Positions 8,820-18,300 of a DNA stretch of 64,000 nt are shown one piece after another. A program made the position numbers and the translations under genes. The stretch is from Alkalispirochaeta sp. (GTDB lineage Bacteria; Spirochaetota; Spirochaetia; DSM-27196; Alkalispirochaetaceae). The stretch is from NCBI GenBank assembly GCA_965601925.1, contig OZ271854.1, positions 3,744,001-3,808,000 on the forward strand. The letters run 5' to 3'. The first letter of the stretch is position 1. Every line of letters begins with the position of its first letter. The notes below the pieces were generated by a model, which was not told the origin of the DNA, did no database searches, and saw only the letters and a list, made by a program, of their open reading frames with translations.

Positions 8820-9497
8820 ATGAGACCCTCAGACTATGCCGACTACAGCTCAATTTACGACATTGTTGGCGATAGTGCGTTAAATCCGGAAGTATCTTCA
8901 TTCGTGCGGAAACTCGCTGAGTATCTGCCGGCAGGTGCTCGAGTCGCTGATATCGGCGCCGGCACGGGATACTACAGTCGAATGCTGCTATCGCTGCGAG
9001 CCGACATATCCATAACACTCGTCGAGCCGAGTACACACATGATACGCGAGATTGAACGCAATCGTATCCCGCGGATGGATGTGCTGCAGCACACATGGGA
9101 GTCGTTCAGCGACCGCGATTGCCCAGTCTCGGTGATGGTGTTCATGTACTCCCTCTATGCGATCTTTCGCTCTCTTGAGCACTTGTTTGAGTCGTTGCGT
9201 ACCTATCTAAACGAACGAGAGTCCGTCTCTAACATCGCATTCTTCCTCATTGGTGGTCGGAGGGACCTGGCCGCCGCACGAACGAGAGTTGCTTCGGGGC
9301 TTAGGCGTGTCGGATACAGCTCCCAGGAGGTAGCAAAAATCTGGGCTCGTTACGAACGTTTGTTGCTTCTGTTTAATAGGCGCCTTGCTCACGGCGAGTT
9401 TTGCATATTCTCGCCACAAGAAATCACTTCGGTCATGCTACAGCTTGGTTTCAGTCTCTCGTGGATGGATACCCACGGGATGATCTGGTCCCGTTGA
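8820..9497 (+). CDS. Class I SAM-dependent methyltransferase
   Basis: VADIGAGTGY motif I, acidic LVEPS motif II; AGAGGA SD. Confidence 0.85.
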   Translation: MRPSDYADYSSIYDIVGDSALNPEVSSFVRKLAEYLPAGARVADIGAGTGYYSRMLLSLRADISITLVEPSTHMIREIERNRIPRMDVLQHTWESFSDRDCPVSVMVFMYSLYAIFRSLEHLFESLRTYLNERESVSNIAFFLIGGRRDLAAARTRVASGLRRVGYSSQEVAKIWARYERLLLLFNRRLAHGEFCIFSPQEITSVMLQLGFSLSWMDTHGMIWSR

Positions 9498-9804
9498 CTA
9501 AACCCGTCACGGCCATGTTTTGACCATCTCGAACTTGGCACGTTTTATCGAGCCATCGTCAACGACGGCCTACGATAGTTGTAAGGCAGCCTGGTAATCG
9601 CCGAAGACAACCTGCGGCGGCAAGAGCCAACCTGACGATAGCTGAACTGCATCGTTCAGTTCCACCGCCGAATCATGGGAAAACTTATCTCGGAGCGCAA
9701 CCGCAAAACGGGCGATCAGTGGCGAGATTTCGCAAAATACGGCAACGATCGCATGTAGCAGGCTTTTCGCCTCCCGGTAAGAGGGTGCAGGAGGGAGCCT
9801 GAGT

Positions 9805-11300
9805 ATCTATAGGAGAAACACGAGCGGTTTTGGCACTGTTTGAGCTAAGAAACAGACACACGTTGCCCGAAAAGCGTAACGGAGGAACGTGTCAGTTGAG
9901 GCGATCGAGGTCGATCCCAGGTGGTGACCGCCCGATCTTGACCAGATGTTGGAGAATTTTCCTGAGTTCGTCGGGATCCTCGATGATCGCAATAACCTTC
10001 ATCTCAGCGCCGCACTTTGGGCACACCAAGGGGTCAACCTCGTAGACCTTCACGAGAAGTCGTGCCCAGGCGCGTTTGCGCGCGTCGACGGTGACCTCAT
10101 CGGCGTCATCCGACAGCGGTTCGTACCCCAAGTCGTCACTGCCGGCATTGTTTTGATGAGTCGCTTTCCACCCGTCAGGTGCCCGCTCGGTGACCCAAGG
10201 CATCTGTTCCCGTCGCCTCTTCGTGCGCGAGGCATACAGTCCGTATCGTCGGACAAGCTGGAGTCTCCTCGGTGGTATGTGCTGCGTCAACTCAGCTAAA
10301 AAATCCAAGGCGTCGAACAGGTGGACGTTCTGCTTGAAGTACTTCAAGTACGTCGTGTGAAAAAGGACTCGCCCCTTGAACGGTTCGTAGCGGATCTTCT
10401 TCAGCGACAGCGGAGGCCGAGCGGTGTACTCGGCGAGACTTTCCTGGGAGGGGTCGTCGAGGATACGCCCGCTGTTGTCGATGCTGAACCCGGAATGCTT
10501 CCAGGACAGAAGGCTCCGGGCAAAATCTTCATTGAGTAGTTCGCGCTCCAGCAGGAGCTTGATCACCCGACGGCGGAAGACCTCAACCATGGATTGGAGC
10601 CCAGAGAACGGGATGTAAAGAAGGCACCCACTTCATCAAAGCCACCCTCGAGAACGATCGCGTGGAAATGGGGTTTCCACCGCAGCACGTCTCCGAACGT
10701 CTGGGGCGCGACGACTATTCCGGTAAGGAGCTTTCTGCCGGCGGCTTCGTGGTAGAACTCCCGCAGGATGTTGTAGATCATACGAGACACCCCGGCGAAG
10801 AGGCGGCGGTCGCGGCGAAAGAACGGGCGGAGCGCCTTGGGCATCGTGAACACGAGTTGTCGATACGGTAGCCCCAGGAGGACCTCGTTAGTCAGATGCT
10901 CCGCGAAGAGGATCGTTCGCTTCCGGCTGCATGATGGGCAAAGATAGAAACCCTTGCACGAGAATGGCCGGAAATAGTCGTGTCCGCATTCAGGGTTGGT
11001 GCAGCGGATGCGCGCCACGCCCTGGAGATAGTCGCCACACGTGGAGAACCGCTCCCCGACTTGCTGGATGAGCTCAAGGCGGTACATGCCATAGGTGGCG
11101 GCGTACTTCTCATCGTATTGCTCGCGGAAGTCATCGAAATGGCATTCGAAGATGGTATAGAGCTCGTTTCGACCGCGCGGGACGTACCGTTTCGCTCCCG
11201 ATATTGACGAGACAACTGCGGTGCTCACCTGTACTAAGACCAGAAAAAGAACGCGGTTGCTTCAGATGGGGCGCGTATTCATCGAGCGCCACATAACATG
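9805..11300 (-). mobile_element. IS91-family insertion sequence (ends approximate)
   Basis: Transposase as above; minus-strand TTTCTCCTATAG at 9807-9818 resembles the oriIS TTCCTATA motif downstream of tnp. Right end not identified. Confidence 0.55.
9892..11228 (-). pseudogene. IS91/ISCR-like rolling-circle (HUH) transposase, frameshifted
   Basis: Zn-binding FSCKGFYLCPSC, HUH motif KPHFHAIV, LAEYTARP, RRYGLYA, CPKCG. Split into ORFs 10563-11228 and 9892-10590 by an apparent 1-nt loss at ~10617-10619. Confidence 0.85.
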
Positions 11301-11692
11301 GCGCATGCACCATTCGCCTTCTCGGAGTTTTCGCTCCTGCGAGGGACTGAAGCGACGGTCTCGCGACTGATGCATCCATAGCTAATGCAACGGGCGTTCG
11401 GCTTTGATTCAGAAGGGGGAAAGATGGTTCGGGTTTCATCGGATCAGCCAATAATGGGCTGTAGCAACTTGTAATACGGATTCGCGAAAGCCGGCTGCGA
11501 CAACGAGACGGTTGCTCTGCTGTCTCATTTGTGTATAGCAAACTTCAGAACTGAAACGTAAACCCCATCTTGCGTGGTTACCATGCGTAGAGAGGTTGCC
11601 GAGCGAATATCACGAGGCCATTTCATGCAGACTGGCGGGGGTATCACTGATAGACTTGCCGGTACGTCTCATCGCTTTCGAGGAGAAATCAC

Positions 11693-12148
11693 ATGAAGGT
11701 TCGTGAAGCAACAGTTGACGACGTAAAGCCAATTGTTGGGCTTCTATCAGCCGATGAGTTGGGTTGCGATCGAGAAGACGCGGGCGAGGCTATCTCACGG
11801 GAGTACTACGAGGCGTTTCGGCGCATCGCCGCGGATCCGAATCAGGAGTTGGTTGTAGCGGAGGACGACAGGCACGTCGTCGTCGGAACACTGCAGATTA
11901 GCTACATCCAGTATCTTACGTATCGGGGTGGCCTTAGAGCGCAAATCGAAGGAGTAAGGGTTCGCGAAGACAAACGAGGCGGAGGTTTGGGAAAGCAGTT
12001 GCTCGAATGGGCGATTGGTCGAGCAAAAGAGCAGGGTGCACACGTCGTGCAACTCACGTCTGACAAGAGGCGTCCGGATGCAATTGCTTTCTACGAACGC
12101 CTGGGATTCACGGCTTCTCACGAAGGAATGAAGCTGCACTGTCATTAA
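11693..12148 (+). CDS. GNAT family N-acetyltransferase
   Basis: IEGVRVREDKRGGGLGKQL acetyl-CoA motif A, AIAFYERLGF; GAGGAG SD. Confidence 0.92.
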   Translation: MKVREATVDDVKPIVGLLSADELGCDREDAGEAISREYYEAFRRIAADPNQELVVAEDDRHVVVGTLQISYIQYLTYRGGLRAQIEGVRVREDKRGGGLGKQLLEWAIGRAKEQGAHVVQLTSDKRRPDAIAFYERLGFTASHEGMKLHCH

Positions 12149-12235
12149 TTGCAGCGCTGGTAAGGGACGGAGAGAATGACCGTCCAGGCGAAGTGATCAA
12201 CGGAATACTGCCTTGACACTTGGTGAGACCCAGAG

Positions 12236-12430
12236 TGACCGGACGGATAGGTCCTTTACAGAAGTCCGAGTAGATACTTTACACGCTACACACCGGTGAT
12301 GATACCGTCACGCTCATCGATACGGCCTAGCAAGGTCGTGTAATAGACGATGTTCCAGATACCATCGTCGACTTCTTCGAGACCGATATGTTCATTGGCG
12401 AGGGCATTCGAAAGAAACCGTGTATGCATG
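12236..12430 (-). mobile_element. IS481-family remnant (transposase C-terminus plus right end)
   Basis: FLSNALANEHIGLEEVDDGIWNIVYYTTLLGRIDER resembles IS481-type C-termini; followed on the minus strand by TGTAAAG...TGTAAAG subterminal repeats. Confidence 0.65.
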
Positions 12431-12478
12431 GCGATCGGTCGTCGTACGCTTGCGTGCTCGATCCCGATGCGCAACAGA

Positions 12479-14167
12479 CTACAACAGCCACCGTCCTCCC
12501 CAGGACAGAATCAGCGCGAACAGGACTGCGAATCCCGCCTGTCGTGCGAGGAGTGTGAACGTTGCCTTCCAGCCCGTCTCACGACCGATCGTCATTGCGG
12601 TCACCAGACACGGCAGAAGTACACCGGCCAGGTAAACCGCCGTGAGCGCTTGTGCCGCCGTCAGCGGAAAAGATGTACCGGCATTCGCCGCCAGTAAGAT
12701 GATTCCGTCTTTGCGCACCGAAGCGAGCACTACGGGCAGGGCTGCGTGCGGGGGAAGGTCGAATAGACCCATCACCGGACCCAGAAATCGAACGGCCAAG
12801 TCGAGGGCGCCGACGTGAGCCAATAGCGATGCAACGATACAGATCGCGATAAAGACCGGCATTGCCAGCAACAGGAACTGTCGAACCGTGCCCCGCACTT
12901 CGCGCCACAACGCCGACATCCCGGGCCATTGCATAAACGGTCGGCTGGGTGTCATCAGGATGTTCAGTGGGCTGCGTGCCTGTGCACTCGAGGTAACACG
13001 CAAGTACATGAGCGTCGTGACGAGCAGGTACGCCATGAACAGCCACGTCAGCAATGCGGCCGACCTTCCCGTTGCTGCCGCAGCCGCGGACAAGACGGCA
13101 AGGGTGGCCGGCAGTTGGTAGCTGCATGCCGACCCGAACGCGACGGCGGCAACGGCGGAGCCTCGCGAACAGGCTGAACAGGACCGCGTACCGATCACCG
13201 CCGGCACGTTGCAACCGAACCCCATCATCACGCGGGCCACATCTCGTCCGCTTAGGCCGAAGGGGCGCACGAGCGGATGGAGCGCGACGTTGATTCGCTC
13301 GATCAATCCGCTCGCCTTGTACGCGCCGAGAATCAACGCGAACAGCAGCACCGTGGGGAGCGCCCACACCAGCAGGAACGGTCCCATATTCAGCAGACCG
13401 TAACCGAACTCACCGTGCCGCGCCGTAAGCACGACGCGCAGCCAGCTCGGCCACGTGGTGTTGACGGTGGCGATAATCGATTCGAACCAACGTGCCACGA
13501 TGGGGTGAAGGAGATCGGCAACGGTATTCGCGCCGAAGATCGTCGCCACGAGGGGCAGGACGAGCAGCATAGTCGCCAGAAGCGGGCCGGCAATGCGATG
13601 TTCCAGCCACCCCGGCGTCGGCTCGATCCGCCACGTCGCCCGGGCCGTCAGCGATTCACGACGGAACGTCGACGGGTTGCGTGTCGCGTGGGCGATTCTC
13701 TGACGATCGCGACCGGAAAGCCTACGAGCGTCGAGGGGAATGAAGTCGACGCCCGCCTCCGCCTCGAGGCGTTCGATCGCATCTTGCGGCGCGTCACCCG
13801 GTTGAACCTTGTCCCAGTGCGTGACGACCACAGCGCCTCGTTTGCCGACAACGAGCGGCAACATATCGCGCAAATCCCGGTCCAAGTGTGTCGCTTGGAC
13901 CACCAAGAGGACGACGTCGTGTGCCGCCAGGGCATCCAGGGCCAGTCGCGTCGTCTCCGTGTCGGAGCTGCGGAGAATCCCCGGTGTATCGATGTACTCG
14001 ATGTCACCGGATCGATAGCGTTCGACCACGACGGTCGAGCCGCGGAAGTTCGCCTCACCTGCCGAGCGGCCCGACAAAGATGAAATTAGTTGCGATTTGC
14101 CCACACTCTCCTTGCCGACAACGAGGATGGTGCGCATTTGCGACGGCGCGAGTGCGGTACGCCTCAC
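12479..14167 (-). CDS. FeoB-like GTPase / nucleoside-recognition (gate) membrane protein
   Basis: G1 GKESVGKS, NFRGSTV, G3 DTPG, G4-like THWD; gate motifs MGFGCNVPA and LLPCLVT; GTG start after GGAG chosen. Confidence 0.85.
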   Translation of the reverse strand: MRRTALAPSQMRTILVVGKESVGKSQLISSLSGRSAGEANFRGSTVVVERYRSGDIEYIDTPGILRSSDTETTRLALDALAAHDVVLLVVQATHLDRDLRDMLPLVVGKRGAVVVTHWDKVQPGDAPQDAIERLEAEAGVDFIPLDARRLSGRDRQRIAHATRNPSTFRRESLTARATWRIEPTPGWLEHRIAGPLLATMLLVLPLVATIFGANTVADLLHPIVARWFESIIATVNTTWPSWLRVVLTARHGEFGYGLLNMGPFLLVWALPTVLLFALILGAYKASGLIERINVALHPLVRPFGLSGRDVARVMMGFGCNVPAVIGTRSCSACSRGSAVAAVAFGSACSYQLPATLAVLSAAAAATGRSAALLTWLFMAYLLVTTLMYLRVTSSAQARSPLNILMTPSRPFMQWPGMSALWREVRGTVRQFLLLAMPVFIAICIVASLLAHVGALDLAVRFLGPVMGLFDLPPHAALPVVLASVRKDGIILLAANAGTSFPLTAAQALTAVYLAGVLLPCLVTAMTIGRETGWKATFTLLARQAGFAVLFALILSWGGRWLL

Positions 14168-14222
14168 GCGCACTCCGAAAAGAGGTGCTTTCCGGTCGTG
14201 ACCTCGGACGGCGGATGCCGCG

Positions 14223-14438
14223 TCACGCGTCTTCGGAGATTTCCAGCACAACGTTGCTGATATGCGTGACGAACGACCGCTTGGCCGATGTATCGGATAT
14301 AAGCACATACCCACTGCTGACGCAGTACTCGACCGAAGCATTGAGGACTTCCGTCTTAGGGTGTCTGATCGTCGCCTTGGTCACCGATTTTTGCACCGTC
14401 GTGGCAAAGTGCGTCAAAGCGTTTGAGTTGGTCTCCAT
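14223..14438 (-). CDS. Small hypothetical protein (71 aa)
   Basis: AAGGAG SD; lies in operon orientation between the COG0523 genes and the feoB-like gene. Confidence 0.55.
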   Translation of the reverse strand: METNSNALTHFATTVQKSVTKATIRHPKTEVLNASVEYCVSSGYVLISDTSAKRSFVTHISNVVLEISEDA

Positions 14439-14585
14439 GATTCTGATCTCCTTCTAGAAAAGTCTGAATGAGGTTTTGTTTTGCAAATCGGTGATGGTAC
14501 GAAAGCGCATCGGATTCGGCACGAGCCGGTAGCCGGAGGCGCGGTCGCAGCCGCTGCTACGGGGGTGGAGAAGATCTGCAGGTCA

Positions 14586-14795
14586 TTAGAGCTCCTTTCC
14601 CAGGCGATCCAGCCACCTGAGCACCCGCTGTAGATGGTCCGAACCGTAGGATTCCACAAAGCGCTTCGTCTCCGGGAGGTCCGGGTTGCCGAGAGCGGCA
14701 ACTCGTTTCCGAACTGCATCTCTCGTATGTACGCCTCCGCCGGAGCTGATGCACGCTTTCCACTCTTCATAGGTTTGTACCGGTTGCGTCATCAT
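14586..14795 (-). CDS. Small conserved hypothetical protein (QTYEEWKACI...ETKRFVESYG..HLQRVLRW type)
   Basis: Overlaps the COG0523 3' end, GGGAGA SD; resembles small proteins I recall next to COG0523 genes. Confidence 0.65.
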   Translation of the reverse strand: MMTQPVQTYEEWKACISSGGGVHTRDAVRKRVAALGNPDLPETKRFVESYGSDHLQRVLRWLDRLGKEL

Positions 14796-15819
14796 GCTCT
14801 CCCTTTCTTCCCGCAATACTTCTCAAAGAAGTCTCGAATGAATCCTTGTCGATGCCGTTGGTGATGAATACAATGCGCGTCCGCATATCGCTATCCGGCC
14901 ATTGCTCCATCCGGTGAAGAGGATAGAAGATGTGCTGGACTCCATGAATGATAATGGGGCCATCGTACCCCTCGATATTCACAAGCCCTTTGATCCGCAG
15001 CATCTTTTCACCCATCAATATCAAGAGGGTGTCGATCCAAGCCATGAACCCTCTTTCCGGTAGGGGATCCTCACGGGTGATGCAGAATGCGGAAATATCC
15101 TCGCCATGCCGGTTCACATCGTGGTGATGGCCGTGGTGATCGTCGTCGTACGCCTCCTCATCGAGCCATTTTTTTACGTCCGCCTCCTTGTCGAGCGTAG
15201 AGAACGGCGGCGTCGCAAAAAGCGTATCGATATCCACGACACCTTTGACCGCATTCACGAGGGGCGCCGACCGGTTCACCGTGCGGACACGTTCTTCGGT
15301 CCGCATCCGTTGCTGCTCGTCAACAAGGTCGGTCTTTGTCACGATCAGGCAGTCGGCCACCGCGGCCTGTTTGCGCGCCTCAAATTGCTCTCGGTGCGTT
15401 TGCGTGAAGCAGGTGGCATCGATCGTCGTGATAATGGAGCGCAGCTCGTAATCACCCGCCAGTTCAGGAGAGGTCATAATCGTATTGATGATTGGTGCCG
15501 GATCGGCAAGGCCCGTCGTCTCGATGATCACACGATCGAATTGGCGTTTTCCCATCCTGGAAAATCGCCATTGTATATCCTTGAGCGTTTTTCTCAGGTC
15601 GCTGCGGATGGTGCAACAGATGCAACCACTGCTCATTTCGAGCACTGTCTCGCCGCTACTCTTTACCAGCAGATGATCCAGCCCGACTTCACCGAACTCG
15701 TTGACGATGACGAAGGTCTTGCTGAACTGCGGAGTGCGTATCAGATAATCGAGCACCGTCGTCTTCCCGCTGCCGAGAAAGCCGGTGAGGATATGGACAG
15801 GTATCGGTTCCTTCGGCAT
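14767..15819 (-). CDS. COG0523/CobW-family G3E GTPase metallochaperone
   Basis: TGFLGSGKTT, VNEFGE, SGCICC (CxCC), ETTGLADP, TKTD, His-rich HHGHHH, CobW_C (RIKG...IHGVQH). Confidence 0.95.
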   Translation of the reverse strand: MPKEPIPVHILTGFLGSGKTTVLDYLIRTPQFSKTFVIVNEFGEVGLDHLLVKSSGETVLEMSSGCICCTIRSDLRKTLKDIQWRFSRMGKRQFDRVIIETTGLADPAPIINTIMTSPELAGDYELRSIITTIDATCFTQTHREQFEARKQAAVADCLIVTKTDLVDEQQRMRTEERVRTVNRSAPLVNAVKGVVDIDTLFATPPFSTLDKEADVKKWLDEEAYDDDHHGHHHDVNRHGEDISAFCITREDPLPERGFMAWIDTLLILMGEKMLRIKGLVNIEGYDGPIIIHGVQHIFYPLHRMEQWPDSDMRTRIVFITNGIDKDSFETSLRSIAGRKGEHDDATGTNL

Positions 15820-15886
15820 GACTGGTTCCCTCCGACCGTTGATTCCCAACAAAGGGTCGATTTGTGTTAGAGATGAATCGTCTCAA

Positions 15887-17017
15887 CTAACATGCGCACT
15901 GCTGACCGCAACACGACAGGTCATCGAGATACATGCCCCAGTTGCGATACGCTTCCAGCCTCTCCGCCGGCAACATGAGTGAGCTCGCGACGGCTTTTGC
16001 GACGACGGCAAATCGTTGTCGATACTTATAGATAAAGCAGAAGATGTGATTGTTATGGCGAACCGCGGGACCGCAGAGAAACACTCCGGGTACGACGGTG
16101 GATTCATCATGGTCGCCGAGCAGCGGAAACCCATCGTCGCGTTGCTCGAATAAATGTGACACACTTCCGTATCCCCCTTCAAACCCACCCGCCAAGAGCG
16201 GCGGCGTGGCGGTTTGAAAGCAACGCCCGTCTCGGGTAGTAACCTCATACGCCGCGCCGGCGCGCTCGACCGATTCGACCGGCGCGTGTGGAAACAGTTC
16301 GACGTTCTCAACAAAACGCTCTTCACGCATCCGTTGGAGTGAGTAGGTGGACAGGGCGACGCTCGGATCGGAGCTTTCGCTGTCCCAAGGCAAACCCTTG
16401 TCGAACAACCGCGCGCGTTTCCCTCGATTCGCGAGGTTGTAGGCGGCGTCCACGCCACTCTCGTAGCCACCGATGACGACGAAGTCGGTACCTTGGAGAT
16501 CGTTGTAGTTTGAGATCGTTGCAGTGTGGCGACAGAGGTCGCTGCCGGCGAAGCCGTTCAGTCGAGGATATTGGAACTCTCCCGCGGCCCAGATAAGACG
16601 CCGCGCTCGCAAAACTCCGCGGTTCGTATCGATGCGAAAGCCGTACCGAGCCTCCGTTACCCGCCTCACGTCGGTGTGTTGGCGTATGGGTAGCTCAAAG
16701 AACCGTGCGACTGCACGCAGGTACATCGCGTACTCTTTGCCCGTCGGGTGCTCGACTCCTAAAACGTGCGCGGGCGAGCTTCCGATCGCAACCGCATTCA
16801 AATCGAGCATGCCGATCGAGTTGGTCGGAAACGAGGGCGTGATGAAGCGGGTCTCGGCCGGCCATGAAGCGAACGACGCGCCGACCCCGTGACGCTCGAC
16901 GACGACGAAGTTCTCGACACCGGCGTCCTTCAGAGCCACCGCGACACCCACACCCGCGGCACCACCACCGACGATTACCGCGTCGTGGATCTTCCGTCGC
17001 AACGCGGTACCCCTCAT
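15887..17017 (-). CDS. NAD(P)/FAD-dependent oxidoreductase (CzcO-like) with Cys-rich C-terminus
   Basis: IVGGGAAG FAD motif, WAAGEFQYP, IGGYESG, FCFIYKYRQR, terminal DLSCCGQQCAC. Confidence 0.88.
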   Translation of the reverse strand: MRGTALRRKIHDAVIVGGGAAGVGVAVALKDAGVENFVVVERHGVGASFASWPAETRFITPSFPTNSIGMLDLNAVAIGSSPAHVLGVEHPTGKEYAMYLRAVARFFELPIRQHTDVRRVTEARYGFRIDTNRGVLRARRLIWAAGEFQYPRLNGFAGSDLCRHTATISNYNDLQGTDFVVIGGYESGVDAAYNLANRGKRARLFDKGLPWDSESSDPSVALSTYSLQRMREERFVENVELFPHAPVESVERAGAAYEVTTRDGRCFQTATPPLLAGGFEGGYGSVSHLFEQRDDGFPLLGDHDESTVVPGVFLCGPAVRHNNHIFCFIYKYRQRFAVVAKAVASSLMLPAERLEAYRNWGMYLDDLSCCGQQCAC

Positions 17018-17331
17018 GTCGACTCCCTGGTCGCGGAGAGTTTTGCGGACGAGTTCCGCAGCGCTCCGGAAGCCCGGTAATCGGGGGAGGCCCGGTGCGT
17101 ATCGAGCAGGTAGGTACCGTCACGTCCCATGAGTGCCGGATCGATGTAGACCTCGCTGATGTTGCGCGTGATTACTGCGACTCGCCGACCGTCCCGGTTG
17201 TCGAGCCCGCGACTGAGCAATGGTGTCTTCCCGGCCCCGAGGAGGCCCGACGGACGGAGATGTCGAGGCGCGGACCGTTGGAACTGGACCGTCGATTCAG
17301 GATCATTACGGGTATCCCTTGATTCGTTCAT
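17014..17331 (-). pseudogene. Degenerate N-terminal fragment of a second COG0523 GTPase
   Basis: SGLLGAGKTPLLSRGLDNRDGRRVAVITRNISEVYIDPAL matches the SGFLGAGKTTLL..NREGRRVAVIVNDMSEVNIDA pattern, then diverges and stops. Confidence 0.65.
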
Positions 17332-17575
17332 AGATCGATCGCGGCGGGTTCTCGCGGTCAAAGGCGGTGGCCCGGGTTGCATCGGCAGTGGTCTCCACAC
17401 ATGTGGCCGGGACTGCTCTACAGGGTGATCACCTCGGCTCCGTGAAAGTCGCCGTAGAGTCAAGGCAGGATCGTAGTAGCAGGCGTAAACGTGGACGCTA
17501 TGTGGGACCGAAAGGCGTATGCAGCCGTCGCGTGTTTTCTCCTTACCGGTTGCGTGATCGCAAGCACGTCTCTCT

Positions 17576-17632
17576 TGCAAGTTGCTTGCACTAACATACA
17601 TGAAACCGGGTTGCACATGCAAGTGACTTTCG
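17576..17632. promoter_or_regulatory. Three TGCAA-N5-TTGCA-type palindromes, putative Fur/Zur-family operator
   Basis: TGCAAgttgcTTGCA (17576-90), TGAAAccgggTTGCA (17601-15) and TGCAAgtgacTTTCG (17618-32) in the divergent intergenic region. Confidence 0.6.
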
Positions 17633-17674
17633 ATAGAATCGGCTCGTACGCGTTCCCGGCGGCGGAGATCCATT

Positions 17675-18166
17675 ATGAGCATTGTTAAGCACGAAGCACG
17701 AAAGCTGCTGCACGACAGCGCGCTCCGAGCGACAGCGCCGCGGCTCGCGGTGCTCCGCGTACTCGCAGAGGCCCGTAGTCCGCTCTCCTACACCGAGGTG
17801 CTCGATCGCCTCGGCGAGACGGCCTGGGATCCGTCGACGATCTACCGTAATCTCGTGAAGCTCCGAGACGCCCGTGTCGCCTCAGTGGTCAGCCGTGCGG
17901 AGGGCATCGACCGCTATGTGCTCGCCCAACCACAGAGCGACGGCCACCGTCACCCGCACTTCATCTGCGAGGACTGCGGCCGCGTCGCGTGCCTGCCTGC
18001 GGAGCTTGTCGAGTTGATGTCGATGGAGGGTCCCTGGGCCGCCTCGATAAAAGGGGCTGCGGTCGAGCTTCGTGGGGAGTGCCCGGACTGTCTGAGTCGC
18101 ACCGACGGGACCCGACGATCAGTGGCCGCGTCCGAAAGCGAGTCCCGGTGGCTTACGGATGAATGA
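17675..18166 (+). CDS. Fur-family transcriptional regulator (Zur-like context)
   Basis: LRATAPRLAVL, STIYRNL, HRHPHFICEDCG, GECPDC. Confidence 0.92.
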   Translation: MSIVKHEARKLLHDSALRATAPRLAVLRVLAEARSPLSYTEVLDRLGETAWDPSTIYRNLVKLRDARVASVVSRAEGIDRYVLAQPQSDGHRHPHFICEDCGRVACLPAELVELMSMEGPWAASIKGAAVELRGECPDCLSRTDGTRRSVAASESESRWLTDE

Positions 18167-18300
18167 TCAGGCGTTGTTCTTCTCGGGAGAGATGGTGATA
18201 CGTCCTCACGCGCGCCAAGTTTCATATAAGAACGTGAGCGCGTGCCGGATCACCGCTCGCCAATGTATTAGCCGGAACCTCACATACGGCAGGATTTCCC

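Noticed and set aside
9675..9758. 27-aa ORF MGKLISERNRKTGDQWRDFAKYGNDRM as the RiPP precursor
   Set aside because: No SD and no leader/core pattern, and it lies in apparently degraded DNA next to the IS. The precursor is more likely upstream of the window.
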